A DNA stretch of 53,705 nt from the NCBI GenBank assembly GCA_963575745.1, contig CAUYUJ010000295.1, positions 62,001 through 115,705 on the forward strand, in the 5' to 3' direction. Positions 35,601 through 43,700 of this stretch are shown here, piece by piece. A model generated the notes under the pieces. The model saw only the letters and a list, made by a program, of their open reading frames with translations. It was not told the origin of the DNA and made no database searches. The position numbers were made by a program, and so were the translations under genes. The DNA comes from Prorocentrum cordatum (Eukaryota). Every line of letters begins with the position of its first letter. Within the stretch, counting starts at the first letter, position 1.

Positions 35601-35865
35601 GGGGGAGAAGGGAGGAGGAGGAGGTCCTCCTCCTCCCCCTCCCCCTCCCCTCCCTCCTCCTCCTCCTCCTCCTCCTCCTCCTCCTCCTCCTCCTCCTCCT
35701 CCTCCTCCTCCTCCTCCTCCTCCTCCTCCCCCTCCTACCCATGGCAGCGGTGGTGGAAAGTGGGCCCACCGTCCTCTGCACGCCCGCCCCGCCCAGGTGC
35801 CGCGTGATCTCGCGGGCCACCGACGGCTTCTCCGCCACGTTGAGCACCCGGACCTCCCTCGGCAT
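10310..35865 (-). CDS. TOP3A: DNA topoisomerase III alpha (type IA), multi-exon gene; C-terminal exons beyond about 10310 unresolved
   Basis: Exons in transcript order: 35770-35865, 35528-35557, 26032-26199, 25779-25814, 25436-25537, 24862-25049, 22186-22305, 18571-18805, 17982-18016, 16619-16781, 16209-16271, 15723-15833, 14935-14973, 14117-14284, 13774-13961, 11126-11232, ~10310-10510. Exon lengths and phases join in frame. Motifs: [15 protein letters not shown] (TOPRIM), [46 protein letters not shown] (catalytic Tyr), [57 protein letters not shown] and RHFLACCS favour alpha over beta. Confidence 0.93.
10590..10633. repeat. (TA)n microsatellite; also 11809-11854. (CA)n tract at 12421-12463
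   Basis: Direct reading. Confidence 0.9.
10742..10927. mobile_element. MITE family D (CCCAGACCCC...GGTCTGG; ~185 bp); copies 23763-23944 and ~36047-36231, partial ~9915-10076
   Basis: Shared internal GTCATGAAAAAATCATG and ACGACTCGGGATGAA, with short TIRs. Confidence 0.72.
11126..11232 (-). CDS. TOP3A: TOP3A exon 16 (RDEFLRWCV...[10 protein letters not shown])
   Basis: Matches the LDxALxxxF end of the core domain; CCTAG|G acceptor, GC donor. Confidence 0.82.
12115..12360. repeat. 10-bp tandem repeat TGGGGCCTCC
   Basis: Direct reading; more than 20 degenerate units. Confidence 0.8.
13774..13961 (-). CDS. TOP3A: TOP3A exon 15 (EKIQTRKYV...LGQALVEGY...LSKPTLRA...GQR)
   Basis: Conserved motifs; GC donor. 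Confidence 0.9.
14117..14284 (-). CDS. TOP3A: TOP3A exon 14 (VNDPLP...[29 protein letters not shown])
   Basis: Conserved GIGTDAT motif. The 3' boundary is non-canonical. Confidence 0.9.
14935..14973 (-). CDS. TOP3A: TOP3A exon 13 ([13 protein letters not shown])
   Basis: Matches the xLxVYPYxxW motif; CAG|G acceptor, GT donor. Confidence 0.88.
15723..15833 (-). CDS. TOP3A: TOP3A exon 12 ([13 protein letters not shown]...GLVVL)
   Basis: Conserved motif; GA donor. Confidence 0.92.
16209..16271 (-). CDS. TOP3A: TOP3A exon 11 (HPVRCV...WRVYEL)
   Basis: Continues HPPIHP and ends YEL before VARHFLA; GT donor. Confidence 0.85.
16619..16781 (-). CDS. TOP3A: TOP3A exon 10 (TETDSF...NDHAHPPI)
   Basis: RTET and DxAHPPI motifs. 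The 3' boundary is non-canonical (see findings). Confidence 0.88.
17982..18016 (-). CDS. TOP3A: TOP3A exon 9 ([12 protein letters not shown], catalytic tyrosine)
   Basis: GxISYPR active-site motif; GA donor, phase 2. Confidence 0.9.
18571..18805 (-). CDS. TOP3A: TOP3A exon 8 ([16 protein letters not shown]...[10 protein letters not shown]...HVAE)
   Basis: Conserved motifs; GT donor. Confidence 0.92.
19400..20430. repeat. 77-bp minisatellite, ~13 units
   Basis: GCATGCGAAC core recurs mostly at 77-bp spacing (19466, 19543, 19620, 19697; 19831, 19908; 19987, 20064, 20141, 20218). Confidence 0.88.
20457..20842. repeat. (GAT)n microsatellite, imperfect
   Basis: Direct reading. Confidence 0.95.
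21935..22110. mobile_element. MITE family G (TIR ACCACCC(C)AACCCAACCCGAAG); copies at 1-120 and forming both ends of intron 14974-15722
   Basis: Near-identical segment at 1-120; inverted termini. Confidence 0.7.
22186..22305 (-). CDS. TOP3A: TOP3A exon 7 ([19 protein letters not shown]...)
   Basis: Conserved motif; GC donor. Confidence 0.92.
24862..25049 (-). CDS. TOP3A: TOP3A exon 6 (VFRAVFS...[12 protein letters not shown]...)
   Basis: Conserved Top3 motif; GC donor, phase 2. Confidence 0.92.
25436..25537 (-). CDS. TOP3A: TOP3A exon 5 ([21 protein letters not shown]...)
   Basis: TOPRIM DxDREGE motif; GC donor. Confidence 0.92.
25779..25814 (-). CDS. TOP3A: TOP3A exon 4 ([12 protein letters not shown])
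   Basis: In-frame 36 nt, AG|G acceptor, GTGAG donor. Confidence 0.82.
26032..26199 (-). CDS. TOP3A: TOP3A exon 3 (EFPFNL...SAVRGHL...PDCQ)
   Basis: Matches the TSVSGHL region. TTGCAG|G acceptor, GA donor. Confidence 0.9.
26220..26302 (-). repeat. 3' LTR of copia element (83 bp)
   Basis: Identical to 33413-33495. Preceded on the minus strand by the purine tract GAGGAGGAG (26303-26311). Confidence 0.96.
26502..31349 (-). CDS. Copia Pol: integrase - C5 MTase-like - reverse transcriptase - RNase H (1615-codon ORF; true start probably by frameshift from gag-PR)
   Basis: IN: H..GH....WCRVC, SDY, KSDGE, NGEIE. MTase: [74 protein letters not shown]. Confidence 0.92.
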   Translation of the reverse strand: MFIPGSQWRLDIPREEPNRQARGRHAREGGEGGEAPDAAGLSRAGRLQLLPQEGPTWLGCSSRGGTFGEVEVRASGAPQRQVEGGAAGDPREDSPQEAALGVSPLEDLIPRPPAASAAGAAAAGSGPSDVRPPGFQPAAAAAADALPAAPDGQQADEGEEEARPRVLKAPHEPSQREIDEHEAMGHATYRSWCRVCIAAKGQGQPHLRAPEDDETAVPVVSSDYAFMGQDDADTMPMLVLRDRRSKMMAATFVEKKGDDACAIKFFARFLRILGYRKIVNKSDGEPAILLVKRRAVEEVPGLEAIPQESAPADHQANGEIEVTVREIKKQVRALKMDLESKLGVKVEDKHPVLAHLPEHAASVINRYRRGQDGKTALQRLTGRQWRKPVPLFGERLMARFAGERARKNALEEQMVEARYIGHHPRDGSMMVITSDGAKKAVGFRSLPQSEKWITAGWDGLKGLPWDVAPRAASAPRAIVGPGEVGPPPIVVVSPQPQAPRRMYVLKADVERLGATPGCPGCVSIAKHGRVLAGHAHNAVCSKRIFEAMDAEEAGRERTGQYRERRQGQEARVRPAAAAAAGTPPPKTARRITEPVAAAAAASAAPAAARSAAAPAVAATAARMRESQPVAPGFGAAAPSGGASSSSGAARAAEAAADVDMTAARSRLKRLAEVAPDDVPEALERGDPQPADVPVPVDMEDLAAQPAPAEGPQLPAGVAVVWNASEGRHMRVLALDMASIELVELGVLTRAKAELLPLVREQVSGHWASVGVDIADEEVDGIALSALQLGAVDVAEVYSPHRFSARAAEFQLRPGFAADLEELKEDGAPWDLRRPEDVKELEKQQERMDPILLTGSPPCEKFSLLRGLSAKFRTDEQEAAEMEEARHHLKVAVDAYWRQLRKPGRYFLHEHPWSARSWNEDIVKELVAHPGVFTVKGPMCRWGMKLTNPRSGQEEFVRKETGWVTNHPGLARRLQGTCSNVDGRAEWHRHITLVGGIARFAKVYPPKLVEAVLEELKDTLNDVGELSTAQVQQSGPVPVDAAVPPGDWTSYWDDVNGGYLEAGLVAQARAVEREWVKKQELIEIVPRSQAFAETGRPPIPLKWVDTNKGDAERPNYRIRLVVKEIKAKKRPDEQLEASEVFSAMPPLEATRSLVSLMVTWTREAPLHIQESLRKKGRKPGNFKIGFFDISRAHFYGKAQRRIFVELEEESRKEYGEDKCGLLLKSWYGTQDASKIWQGDYTELLEEHGYKAGVSCPAVFYKEVDETRLLGHGDDFAVLAQQQDIDSFEATLGKKYEFKKTANLGFDEGDDKQAVFLNRVIEVSAGVPPGGGRPCRHAMIEPDKRHAEIVIDELGLSKANGVDTPMEKRSADKQMMDAKSAALGAAEASRFRSLTMRVAYLSQDRLDLAEASKTLARSMQTPTEASWLMLKRVGRYLKRHPSTVTVFTEQKMFDKIRVYVDSDHAGCAVTRKSTGGFVAMLGHHVVKHGSNLQSTVSLSSGESEYYALVKGGSVGLGLHSLFADWGLDLKVELASDSSAARGHVQRRGLGKMRHVQSRYLWIQERVGKGDLSIAAVPGKNNVADVLTKRVGGSLLRRHMATLNIWDRTPSLTQKDFK
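31043..32989 (-). CDS. Copia Gag-protease (648 aa)
   Basis: Zinc knuckle [14 protein letters not shown] (CX2CX4HX4C); aspartic protease motif WDSGA; N-terminal coiled coil. Confidence 0.88.
   Translation of the reverse strand: MDEQVRHQFELLRQEFAAQIGQAADEMRRLENENQRLQQQVAGGLAAIPQAIERMGEQIRGATSAGGAVQGLVDTKGIGKPTTMGDDQEKFGAWNRKMENYVIGVYGESFRPVLRWAAEAERPVTIEGARAVHDGVPELETKVNQLYAALLSTTADGSESNDLVTGAPDGNGLEAWRKLHRRWDPTTGPRKRLILRSIISPPKCSADELGSALEKWIQQIGRYERRQGEDGLAELPEDIKMAALEMLVPQDIENHLVLNKHRLVTFQDSLNEVMTIVEAWTGVKIKEPSIRARAHHPDDMDVGSFGAPKGKGKGKGKDGKSKGKGKTQEPKGKSKSTNGSYSGSRTSPTGSGRGSGHTAPRSTSGRFDGYCRNCERWGHKASDCWRKEQGSSTRAGTGSATGASAGGKVGSRGGKAGGKAAGSLEEEPEAEVAALDMGSLDCLELASGSGRGIAAVDLSPFAQDDWMKFNWDSGAAISAFPRSFAPPTGMEGNGSTYRTASGELVPDEGSLQLKAEDEYGVLRALKGRVTNVHKPLISVGQAAGAGQCSFLGRNGGWIFHEKSPIGKRVVGMLEKEAKAAKHQMLPVYREQGVYNFYLKKGQHGSVAPLEEGLSAKSKSELVELLSGKSKEELLEILEKTVPRRQPSA
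33397..33412 (-). promoter_or_regulatory. Primer binding site TGGTAGCGTGAGCTGG
   Basis: Immediately follows the 5' LTR and starts TGG, complementary to tRNA CCA. The implied tRNA has A73 and U72, consistent with initiator Met (inference). Confidence 0.75.
33413..33495 (-). repeat. 5' LTR of copia element (83 bp), contains a DinoSL-like motif
   Basis: Identical to 26220-26302; TGAT...ATCA termini. Confidence 0.96.
35013..35158. repeat. (GGA)n microsatellite; other (CCT)n/(GGA)n tracts at ~6410-6500, 35610-35735, 47858-47910
   Basis: Direct reading. Confidence 0.9.
35528..35557 (-). CDS. TOP3A: TOP3A exon 2, 30-nt micro-exon ([10 protein letters not shown])
   Basis: Fills the ~10-aa gap between exon 1 and EFPF. 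ATCAG acceptor, GA donor, and a GGAG junction repeat shared with the exon 3 acceptor. Confidence 0.6.
35770..35865 (-). CDS. TOP3A: TOP3A exon 1 ([32 protein letters not shown])
   Basis: ATG at 35865, TOPRIM VAEKPS motif. GT donor at 35769; an alternative in-frame GA donor lies at 35773. Confidence 0.88.
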
Positions 35866-37136
35866 GGCCCCCGCGGGGCGCCGCCGCCGCAGGCCCCGCG
35901 GCGCGCCTCCGCGGCCCCAGGGCGCGGCCCTGCCCGGCCGGCGCCGCCCGCGGCCAGCATCCGCGCCCACCTCGCCGCCCAGCGGCTCGGAGGCTCTGCG
36001 ACGGTTGCGTGGTGACCGCCCCCTGATCAAAAGCAGGGCCGCCCCCCCCAGGCCCCCTCGCGCTGCGAAAAAATCGCGACGGGAAGTGTTTCACTCCTTT
36101 CGGCCCCTGGGGGCCCTCACCAGGCCACGTGACCGTCAAAGAACGACTCGGGATGAAAAGCTGGTCCCGGGGAATGGGTCCGGACCTCTGGGGGTCGCGT
36201 CATGAAAAAATCGTAACTTCGGGGGACTGGGCTGCTGGGCGTGAGTGGACAGCTCTCCGCCGCCATCTTGTGGTCATGAAGGAGACCGCGTCTGCATCGC
36301 AGAGCGGGGGGGGGCCTGGTGGGCAAACACCTGGCCCCGAGGTCTGGCCGCCGCGATCGCCGCGGCGACCTCCCAAACCGACCCAGAGGCTTTTGGTTCG
36401 GGATCGGACATCACGCAACGATGCGAGGGGCCAGCTGGATGACCGCCCAAGATCCTCGAGCACACGCTGGCCCTCGAGCCTATAAAAGCTTGTGTGTGGG
36501 CCGTCCGGGCAACGTGAGGCCGCCCGCTGGCAGGGCAATGGTCTTGACCCATCCGCACACGCCCTCCATCCTGGTATGGAGGAGGGGGGGCGCGATGGAT
36601 TAGAGCGTGTAATCTGGACTCAGGTAGCCACAGATGGCCTCTATTACTCAAGATAGCGCAAGATGGCTCAACACACGCCCCAAGAGGCCCCAAGACCGCC
36701 CCAAGACGGCTCCAAGTGGCCTCGAGAGCCTCTTTTGGACGCCTCCGAGAGGCCAAACTCCTTCTCGAACCTGAGGAACCTCAATGAAGTTAGCCTTCTC
36801 GTGGGTTAGCCTTAACCTCCTCGCTCCCGATGGGCTTTGAGGACTCATGGTGGCTCCAAGATGGCCCAAGAGAGCTCCACGAGTAGCCCAAGAAGGCCTA
36901 AAGACGGCCCTGAGAATGTCCAGGAGCGCGCTAAGAGAACCCGAAGAGGCGATGTGCAGGGCTCTTGCGAGGGGGCTTACATTGAGAGCCCCCCTTCGCT
37001 CAAAGCCAAAAGAGTTGAACTAACCCGAGGTTGTTGACGGATGTTGAATAGGTATCCTGGGAAGGCTTGTGGGCCAAGATGGCAAGATGGCTCCGAGATG
37101 TCTTCAGATAGCTCAAGATGGCGCAATAGTTCCTCT

Positions 37137-37534
37137 CACACCGGCGCATCAGCTGCACCGCCCAAGGAAAAGGCTACGGGGAGGGGAGGGTGCAGGGGAG
37201 GAGCCTCAGACGCAACGAAAAAATGTCACGAATTCCGGCCCCAAAATGCGATGACACGGAGGCCGAGGACGGACGATGATGTAACCAGCACCTTTTGCTA
37301 CATAACATCCTGGTGCAATCTACATTGTCTCATAAACTGCGGATTGGGAGTGTGCGCCACCGCGCGCTCCCCCTCTTTGGGCCCGGCTCCGCGCCCACCA
37401 CGGGGTCGCGCCGTTCCAGAGGGAGCAAAGAGGTAAGCCGGTAGCGGCGGCGCCACGTCCGCCGGCGGCCCCAAGGGGAGGCGCACACCGCCAACCCCCA
37501 GAACCGGGCACCAAGGCCCTACCGAATACCCCCC
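37137..37534. repeat. Split direct repeat A (398 bp); second copy 37931-38328
   Basis: Copies offset by 794 bp; no mismatch noticed on manual reading. Confidence 0.93.
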
Positions 37535-38330
37535 CCTTTGGTGGCTTGCCCAAGAAATCCTCACCTCACAGGGCGGGCTGGGCGGGACAAGCGTGCGACC
37601 ACACACCTGTCCTAGAGCCAAAATGTCAACGGACCGTGCTATGCATCATGCTGCCGGTCCGCATGCTGCTACTCTATGCTGCCCTACTCGCGTTCAACTG
37701 GCACTGAAGCATGAGTAGGTTAGCACTGCCAAAAGCACAAGAACACAGGGAACCGTTTTCCGGTCACCTGGGCGTTTCCCCGCGGATCCGCACATTTTCG
37801 GTGTACCGGTCCATCCGTGCATTCTGGGGCAGAGAGGCTGCACTCTTCACACATCCCTGCAACCCCTCCTCCCACTCACCCCCACCCGCAGCAGGGCTTC
37901 GCTGTGACTGCGCACACGCGCGTGCTTCACCACACCGGCGCATCAGCTGCACCGCCCAAGGAAAAGGCTACGGGGAGGGGAGGGTGCAGGGGAGGAGCCT
38001 CAGACGCAACGAAAAAATGTCACGAATTCCGGCCCCAAAATGCGATGACACGGAGGCCGAGGACGGACGATGATGTAACCAGCACCTTTTGCTACATAAC
38101 ATCCTGGTGCAATCTACATTGTCTCATAAACTGCGGATTGGGAGTGTGCGCCACCGCGCGCTCCCCCTCTTTGGGCCCGGCTCCGCGCCCACCACGGGGT
38201 CGCGCCGTTCCAGAGGGAGCAAAGAGGTAAGCCGGTAGCGGCGGCGCCACGTCCGCCGGCGGCCCCAAGGGGAGGCGCACACCGCCAACCCCCAGAACCG
38301 GGCACCAAGGCCCTACCGAATACCCCCCGC

Positions 38331-40670
38331 TTACGCCACGGTGGCGTTCCCAAACTTGCTACACTTACGGCATCTCTGGTGCACTGGAGTTGCAGCCCAC
38401 GTCGATGAAGTCGCTGGCACGCCGCCACAGATGGCCCAGTTCCAGCCGCAGTGCGTGGAGGCCACGCTCGCAGCCACGTGCAGCTTGCCGTCGACGCACT
38501 GGACGTACGTGGGGGGGCCCTGCCCCGCCAGCACCGCCACATCTCCCTGCAAGAGTGCAACGTCCTCCCGCAATGTCTTCAAGGTGCGCTCCGCTGCCTC
38601 CGCGGCCGGGGTGATCTCGGCCAGGAGCCTGGGGAGCAGCTCCTCCGAGAGGGCGCCGACGTGGCACTCGACGATGGACTTCACGCTCTGCTGGGAGACG
38701 CCTCCCATGATCTTGGCCATCTTGCCCGCTTCCTGCAACAGCCTGTCGTGGACGTCGTCGAGTACAAGCCCGTCTGGTTCTTCCACGCGCCGGGAGATGC
38801 CGCCACCTCGGGAGCCGAGGGCGGCGTCCCTCACGTACCGCAGCACCGCCGAGCTCCCCCACCTCCCAAAGATCTGCACCACGGAAATCGGGTAGACCGC
38901 GGCCATGCGCTGCGCCCCCGCCACCCGCGCAGAGTGGCCCGTGATGTGCAAGTCGTCGACGCCCATTAGCTCCACCACCTCACGATAGAACTTGACAGTG
39001 CTGTCCTTGGACACGGGCTGCCCGAACCCGTCCACGATGAGGGGCCACTGCTCTTCGAGAATCCACCGGCCACCCAGCCAGCAGCGCCCTTGCTCGTCGC
39101 GCCGCGCCTTGGCCCTGGCATCCAAGGAGGCGCCGACCACGCGGCGCAGGGCTGCCACCGGGCATAGGGGCGCAGGGCACGCACAGCCAAGGCAGCGCTT
39201 CTTTCCAAGCGCCCGCACGTCTGCTTTGGAGGCGGGCAACAGCCACTCCGCGCAGCCGCATGGCCCCTCCTCCTCGCCCATGGGGTCGAAGAAGACAATG
39301 TGCTGGACCATCGCGGCGGAGGACTCGATCTCGCGCAACATCCAAGCTGCTGACGCGACCATGACATCGACGCCCGCCGCTGGCCATGCATCCCGGCTCC
39401 CGCGCGAAATTTGGTCCAAAGCGCCTTGACTTCGCAACCGATCGATGGGCAATGGGTCCGCCTGCCGTGCCGGGCCCATGCCCCTCTCCAGCGACCGGAC
39501 CGCATCGCTGCAGGCCAGTTTCAACTGGTCCGTCCACGGGCTCCCCAACAGGACGTGCTGGCGCTTCATCGCCGATATGTAGGCGGCCCCACTCCGGTAG
39601 CAGCCGCGCCTCAAGAGCGCCCCCGCGAGCTCCACCAACTCCGCACTTAGTGGGAACGGGGCGAGCTTCCGCGCACTGCAGCGGTCGTACCACCATTGGA
39701 GTCGGGACCTATGCGAATCTCTGCTTGTCTTCGCGAAGCGGGCGGGCCTCAACGCCTCCACGGCGTTGGCATCTTCGGCAAAGGCGTCCAACCCCTTGGC
39801 CGCGCCCTTCCTGCACGGCCGCTGCGCAGGAGCCAGGTCGTGCCAAGGGTGCCCGTCGCCCTCGCCGCCCCCTCCCGGAGCGCGGGCGCCGCGTACCTTC
39901 CTGCGCTTCCAGCTGGGCGCAGGGCAGCCTTTCCTGCGCGCGACCTGCTCGGGGACCGCCGCAGAGACGATGGACGCGTCGTCGTCGCTCGACTCCGATC
40001 CCGACTCGCCCTCTGCCGGGCCATCCACGCCCGCAGAGGAGTTGCGCCCCGTCGCGGGGAGGTGCCGCCCCCGAGCGCCGCGCTCCGCCAAGGCCTGCTG
40101 CCTCCTGGCGAGCGCGGACGCCTGCAAGCGAGACGCGACGCCAGGCTGACAGGCCGCCGGGCCCTCACCAGCGCCTTCCAGCTCGGCCCTGCGAGCGCTC
40201 ACTTCTGACGCAGTCGCGGCAGCCCGGGCGCGCGCCAGCGCGGATCCTGGCGCCGTCGCTCGACCCTCGCCACCGCCATCACTGCCCCCCGCCTGCGCCG
40301 ACAGGGCCAAGGCCCTGACAGAGGCGAGATGCCTTGCGGTGGCTGCAGATGCCATGGCCACGAAACGGCTGCAGCTGCTGGATCGGGCGCCGCCCGATGC
40401 TCGAGGCAAATGGGTACGGATGCCCTGCCGACCAGCAGGGGGAGGTGGGAGGGGGAAAGGCCGGCGCGCACAGCACGGCCGATCCTCGCGGGCAAAACCA
40501 TGCCCACGCGGCAGCACCAAATAACACGCGAGGAGCCCTGCCGACCAGCAGGGGGGCGGGAGGAAGAGCCGGCAGGCATGCGCAGCACGGCCGGAATACG
40601 GGGCACGACCATGCCCAGGGTGGCGACGAGCACTACCATGCCCATAATTTTTTTCAACCATTCCACCCAT
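38331..40670 (-). CDS. DIRS tyrosine recombinase (true start may be the internal Met near 40355)
   Basis: Catalytic R-K-H-R-W-Y set: MLREIE, SKAD, TGHSAR, GRWGS...LRY. Confidence 0.88.
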   Translation of the reverse strand: MGGMVEKNYGHGSARRHPGHGRAPYSGRAAHACRLFLPPPCWSAGLLACYLVLPRGHGFAREDRPCCARRPFPLPPPPAGRQGIRTHLPRASGGARSSSCSRFVAMASAATARHLASVRALALSAQAGGSDGGGEGRATAPGSALARARAAATASEVSARRAELEGAGEGPAACQPGVASRLQASALARRQQALAERGARGRHLPATGRNSSAGVDGPAEGESGSESSDDDASIVSAAVPEQVARRKGCPAPSWKRRKVRGARAPGGGGEGDGHPWHDLAPAQRPCRKGAAKGLDAFAEDANAVEALRPARFAKTSRDSHRSRLQWWYDRCSARKLAPFPLSAELVELAGALLRRGCYRSGAAYISAMKRQHVLLGSPWTDQLKLACSDAVRSLERGMGPARQADPLPIDRLRSQGALDQISRGSRDAWPAAGVDVMVASAAWMLREIESSAAMVQHIVFFDPMGEEEGPCGCAEWLLPASKADVRALGKKRCLGCACPAPLCPVAALRRVVGASLDARAKARRDEQGRCWLGGRWILEEQWPLIVDGFGQPVSKDSTVKFYREVVELMGVDDLHITGHSARVAGAQRMAAVYPISVVQIFGRWGSSAVLRYVRDAALGSRGGGISRRVEEPDGLVLDDVHDRLLQEAGKMAKIMGGVSQQSVKSIVECHVGALSEELLPRLLAEITPAAEAAERTLKTLREDVALLQGDVAVLAGQGPPTYVQCVDGKLHVAASVASTHCGWNWAICGGVPATSSTWAATPVHQRCRKCSKFGNATVA

Positions 40671-40739
40671 ACGCCACTGCAGACACGAAGGCGGGCTCCG
40701 GCAGCGCTCACAGCATGCCCAATGCCGCCCGCCAGCGGC

Positions 40740-43700
40740 CTAAACTGACCGCGCGCCTGCACCCGGAGCGGCACTCACAGCGCGCTCCCCCTCGCCAGCA
40801 CGACCATGCTGGCGACGATGCCCCTGTGCCAACCCTCCGGGGCGACCACCCCCGAGGAAGGCCCAAGGCTGGCGGCGGACCGGCCGCGAGGGCACAATGC
40901 CCTGGAGCACCTGCGGGATCGCGGAGCCCTCGCCCACCCTGGAGAGGTCGTCGGCCACGTCGTTGTCTTCTGACCAGTAATGCGCGGCCGTCAGGTCGCT
41001 CATGCCTACCCCGAGCTCCAGCTGCGCCTCGATGACGATGGCATTGACGAGCGGATGCCTCGCCTTCCGGCGCACGACGCTCTGCAGGGCGCCGGAGGCG
41101 TCGCCGCGGAGCCCCAGCTGGCCCTCGGCATCTTTGATGAACGTGGCCCACGTGGTGATGGCCAGCAGGAGGGCGTACGCCTCCCACAGCGGCTGGCTGC
41201 CCGGATCCTCCTTCAGGGCGCCTGTGGCGATCTCGTCGGTGGCGTCCCAGACGGTGTAATAGAAACCGTGGTAGTGTTTGCCACCATCGCGAGAGAACCA
41301 TGCGCCGCTGCCTGTGGTGCTCGCGTCGAAGCCGATGATGAACTCCAGAGGGCGCTCGTCGACGCAGAAGGCCCTTGGAAGGCTGACCAGCCGCCGCTCT
41401 GAAAAATGGATTATCCAAGATAGCGCCAGAGATACCCTTTCGCGCCGAAGGACGGCCGCCGACTCACCAGCAGCCGGCGGAGCGGACACAGCCGCCCAGA
41501 TCATTTGGGCGAAACCTCGGAGGGCAGGGGTGACGGAACCTACCCAAGAGGCCAGCCCCGCGAACGCCCTCAGATCGCGGCGCTGGATCAGCGGCTGCTC
41601 GACGAGGCGCAGGGCCCCGCTGAGGAGTTTCTCCGCCTGGTCCTCCGCGACGGTGATGAGAACGGCGTGGATGCGGTCGCCCTTGAAGGCATATTTCATT
41701 TCTGCGCCGAGCCACGTGACCGACTCGCCGTGCTTGCCCTTCGTCCACGCCATGCGGAAACCGAGAGCCTCCCACAGCAGGAGCAACGTTAAGACAGCCA
41801 TCGATCGCTCCTCGGGCTCACCGACGAGGACAACCAGTGGGTCGTCGACGTAGCACTGCAAGTGGGCTTCCGGTGCGGGCACTGTGGCCGCAGACGCCCG
41901 CATCAGCGCTGCTGCAACCCTGCCCCGCACCAGGGGCCCGGCGATATGGCCAAACATGACCGTGAGGTACTGGAAGAACCCCCACTTGCCGTCGACGCGG
42001 GCGGAACCGCAGAGGTACCTTCGCTCCCCTGGGTGTACGCGGAGCTGCTTGAAAGCGTCCGTGAAGTCCAGGACCAGGATGCCGACCCGGCCGCGGCGCT
42101 GGGCGGCGCGCCCGGCCGCCCGGAGGGACTGCACGGCGTCGTACAGCCTGGGCAACACTACCCGCTCTGGGATCCTCGCCAAGGCGTTGACCCCGCTACG
42201 GCGGAGATCGTGGATAAGCCGGATCTTCAGCTTCCCGGACGCCCTCAACTTTGCAAGAACAGCCACCTTGGACAAGTGGCATTTCCCGGCAAGCTCTTCC
42301 AATTCCTCCAACGTCTCCCGCCAGATCAGGTATCCAGCGTCCAACTCGGCCTTCAACGCAGCGTCGGCCTCGGCCGCGTACTCGTCATAGGACGCGTAGT
42401 TGTGGAACCCCCACGCGGCAGGCCACGGCGCCAGCTCGGTCCGCGCCAACCCCGCGTACTTGTAGGGCTTGTCCATGGCTGGGAACACGCCGCAGACCGG
42501 GATGTCCTGGTCGATGCCCATGGGGGTCGCGCCGGCGGCCCACTGCCCAAGCACGACGTCTGGGCCCCCAGCCGCCGTCAGCATGGCCGCCAGGAGGTGC
42601 GCCTGCAGGCCCGATGGGGCGACGCCGATCGGCGCGGCGCGGCTGGCCCATAGGGCCGCCAGGGCTTCGCGGGCGCGCCCCACCACCGCCGCCGGAAAGC
42701 CTGAGTTCTGCTCCGTCCCAAGCAACTCCATGACCGCGCGGACCTCCGGCAGCACTGCCCCGTCTTGGCCAGCGATGATGGGCGCCAAGGCTGCTCTGAT
42801 GTCCCTGCCGACGCCGGGCCACCCAGGGACGCGGGCCACCGACAGGTGCGGATCCCGCAACCCCCCCAGCGCCATCTTATTGGCTGCCTCCCGCTGGGCC
42901 TTCCGGCTGGGCGCCTGCAGTGGGTCGCGGGCGCCGTGCTCGTCGAAGGTAACCGTCGCAATCGACGGCGGCGACGAGCGGTCAGCTGCAAATGCCCGGG
43001 CCAATGCCTCGCATAGGTCCTGCGGGTACTCCGCGGCCAGCTCGATCCTGCAGCACCGCGACCCGTCCGGCCTCGTCGCGAGCCCCTCCAGGGGAAGGTG
43101 AGGCGGATGCACCGGCGGCCCCGGGCATCGCACGCCGAGCTGTCGGAGCCACGGGGCGTTCGTCACCCACTTCGTCCCCTTCCTGTACTGGCCTCCGAAG
43201 CAGCACTGGTCCCCCTTGACGACGAAGACGCCCGGCAACAAGACGAGCAACCGGTACTCCTCGAACTCCCACATCAACGACCTCTCCGGGCCCTCGATGG
43301 AGAAGAAGCCGCCGGCCTGGATCTGCACCTTCGCCAAGCGCGCCGTGCGGACGGCCCAGGCGTTGTCCTCGGTGACGCACCGGGGCCTGCTGTGCCGCGT
43401 TCCGAGGCCGTAAGGCTGCTCCGTGCTCCGCAACACGACCACCCGGGCATGCAGTCTACGCCGTCGAGCCCGCACGAACGTACGGTATGGTGGTGCGAAG
43501 TGGAACCATCGATAACTGCGGCGGCGGATCCGCCGGGCGAGGTCGCGGAACTCTGACAATGCCAACATGTCGAAACCGCCGCTCCTCGCCCGACCAGGGC
43601 TCCTCGCGGTGAAGGTGTCCACCTTGACGCCAAGCTTCCGGACTGCAGTGGACAACCCTGCGGCGCCGACAGCCACCTCGGCGAAGTGCTGTCTGAAGGG

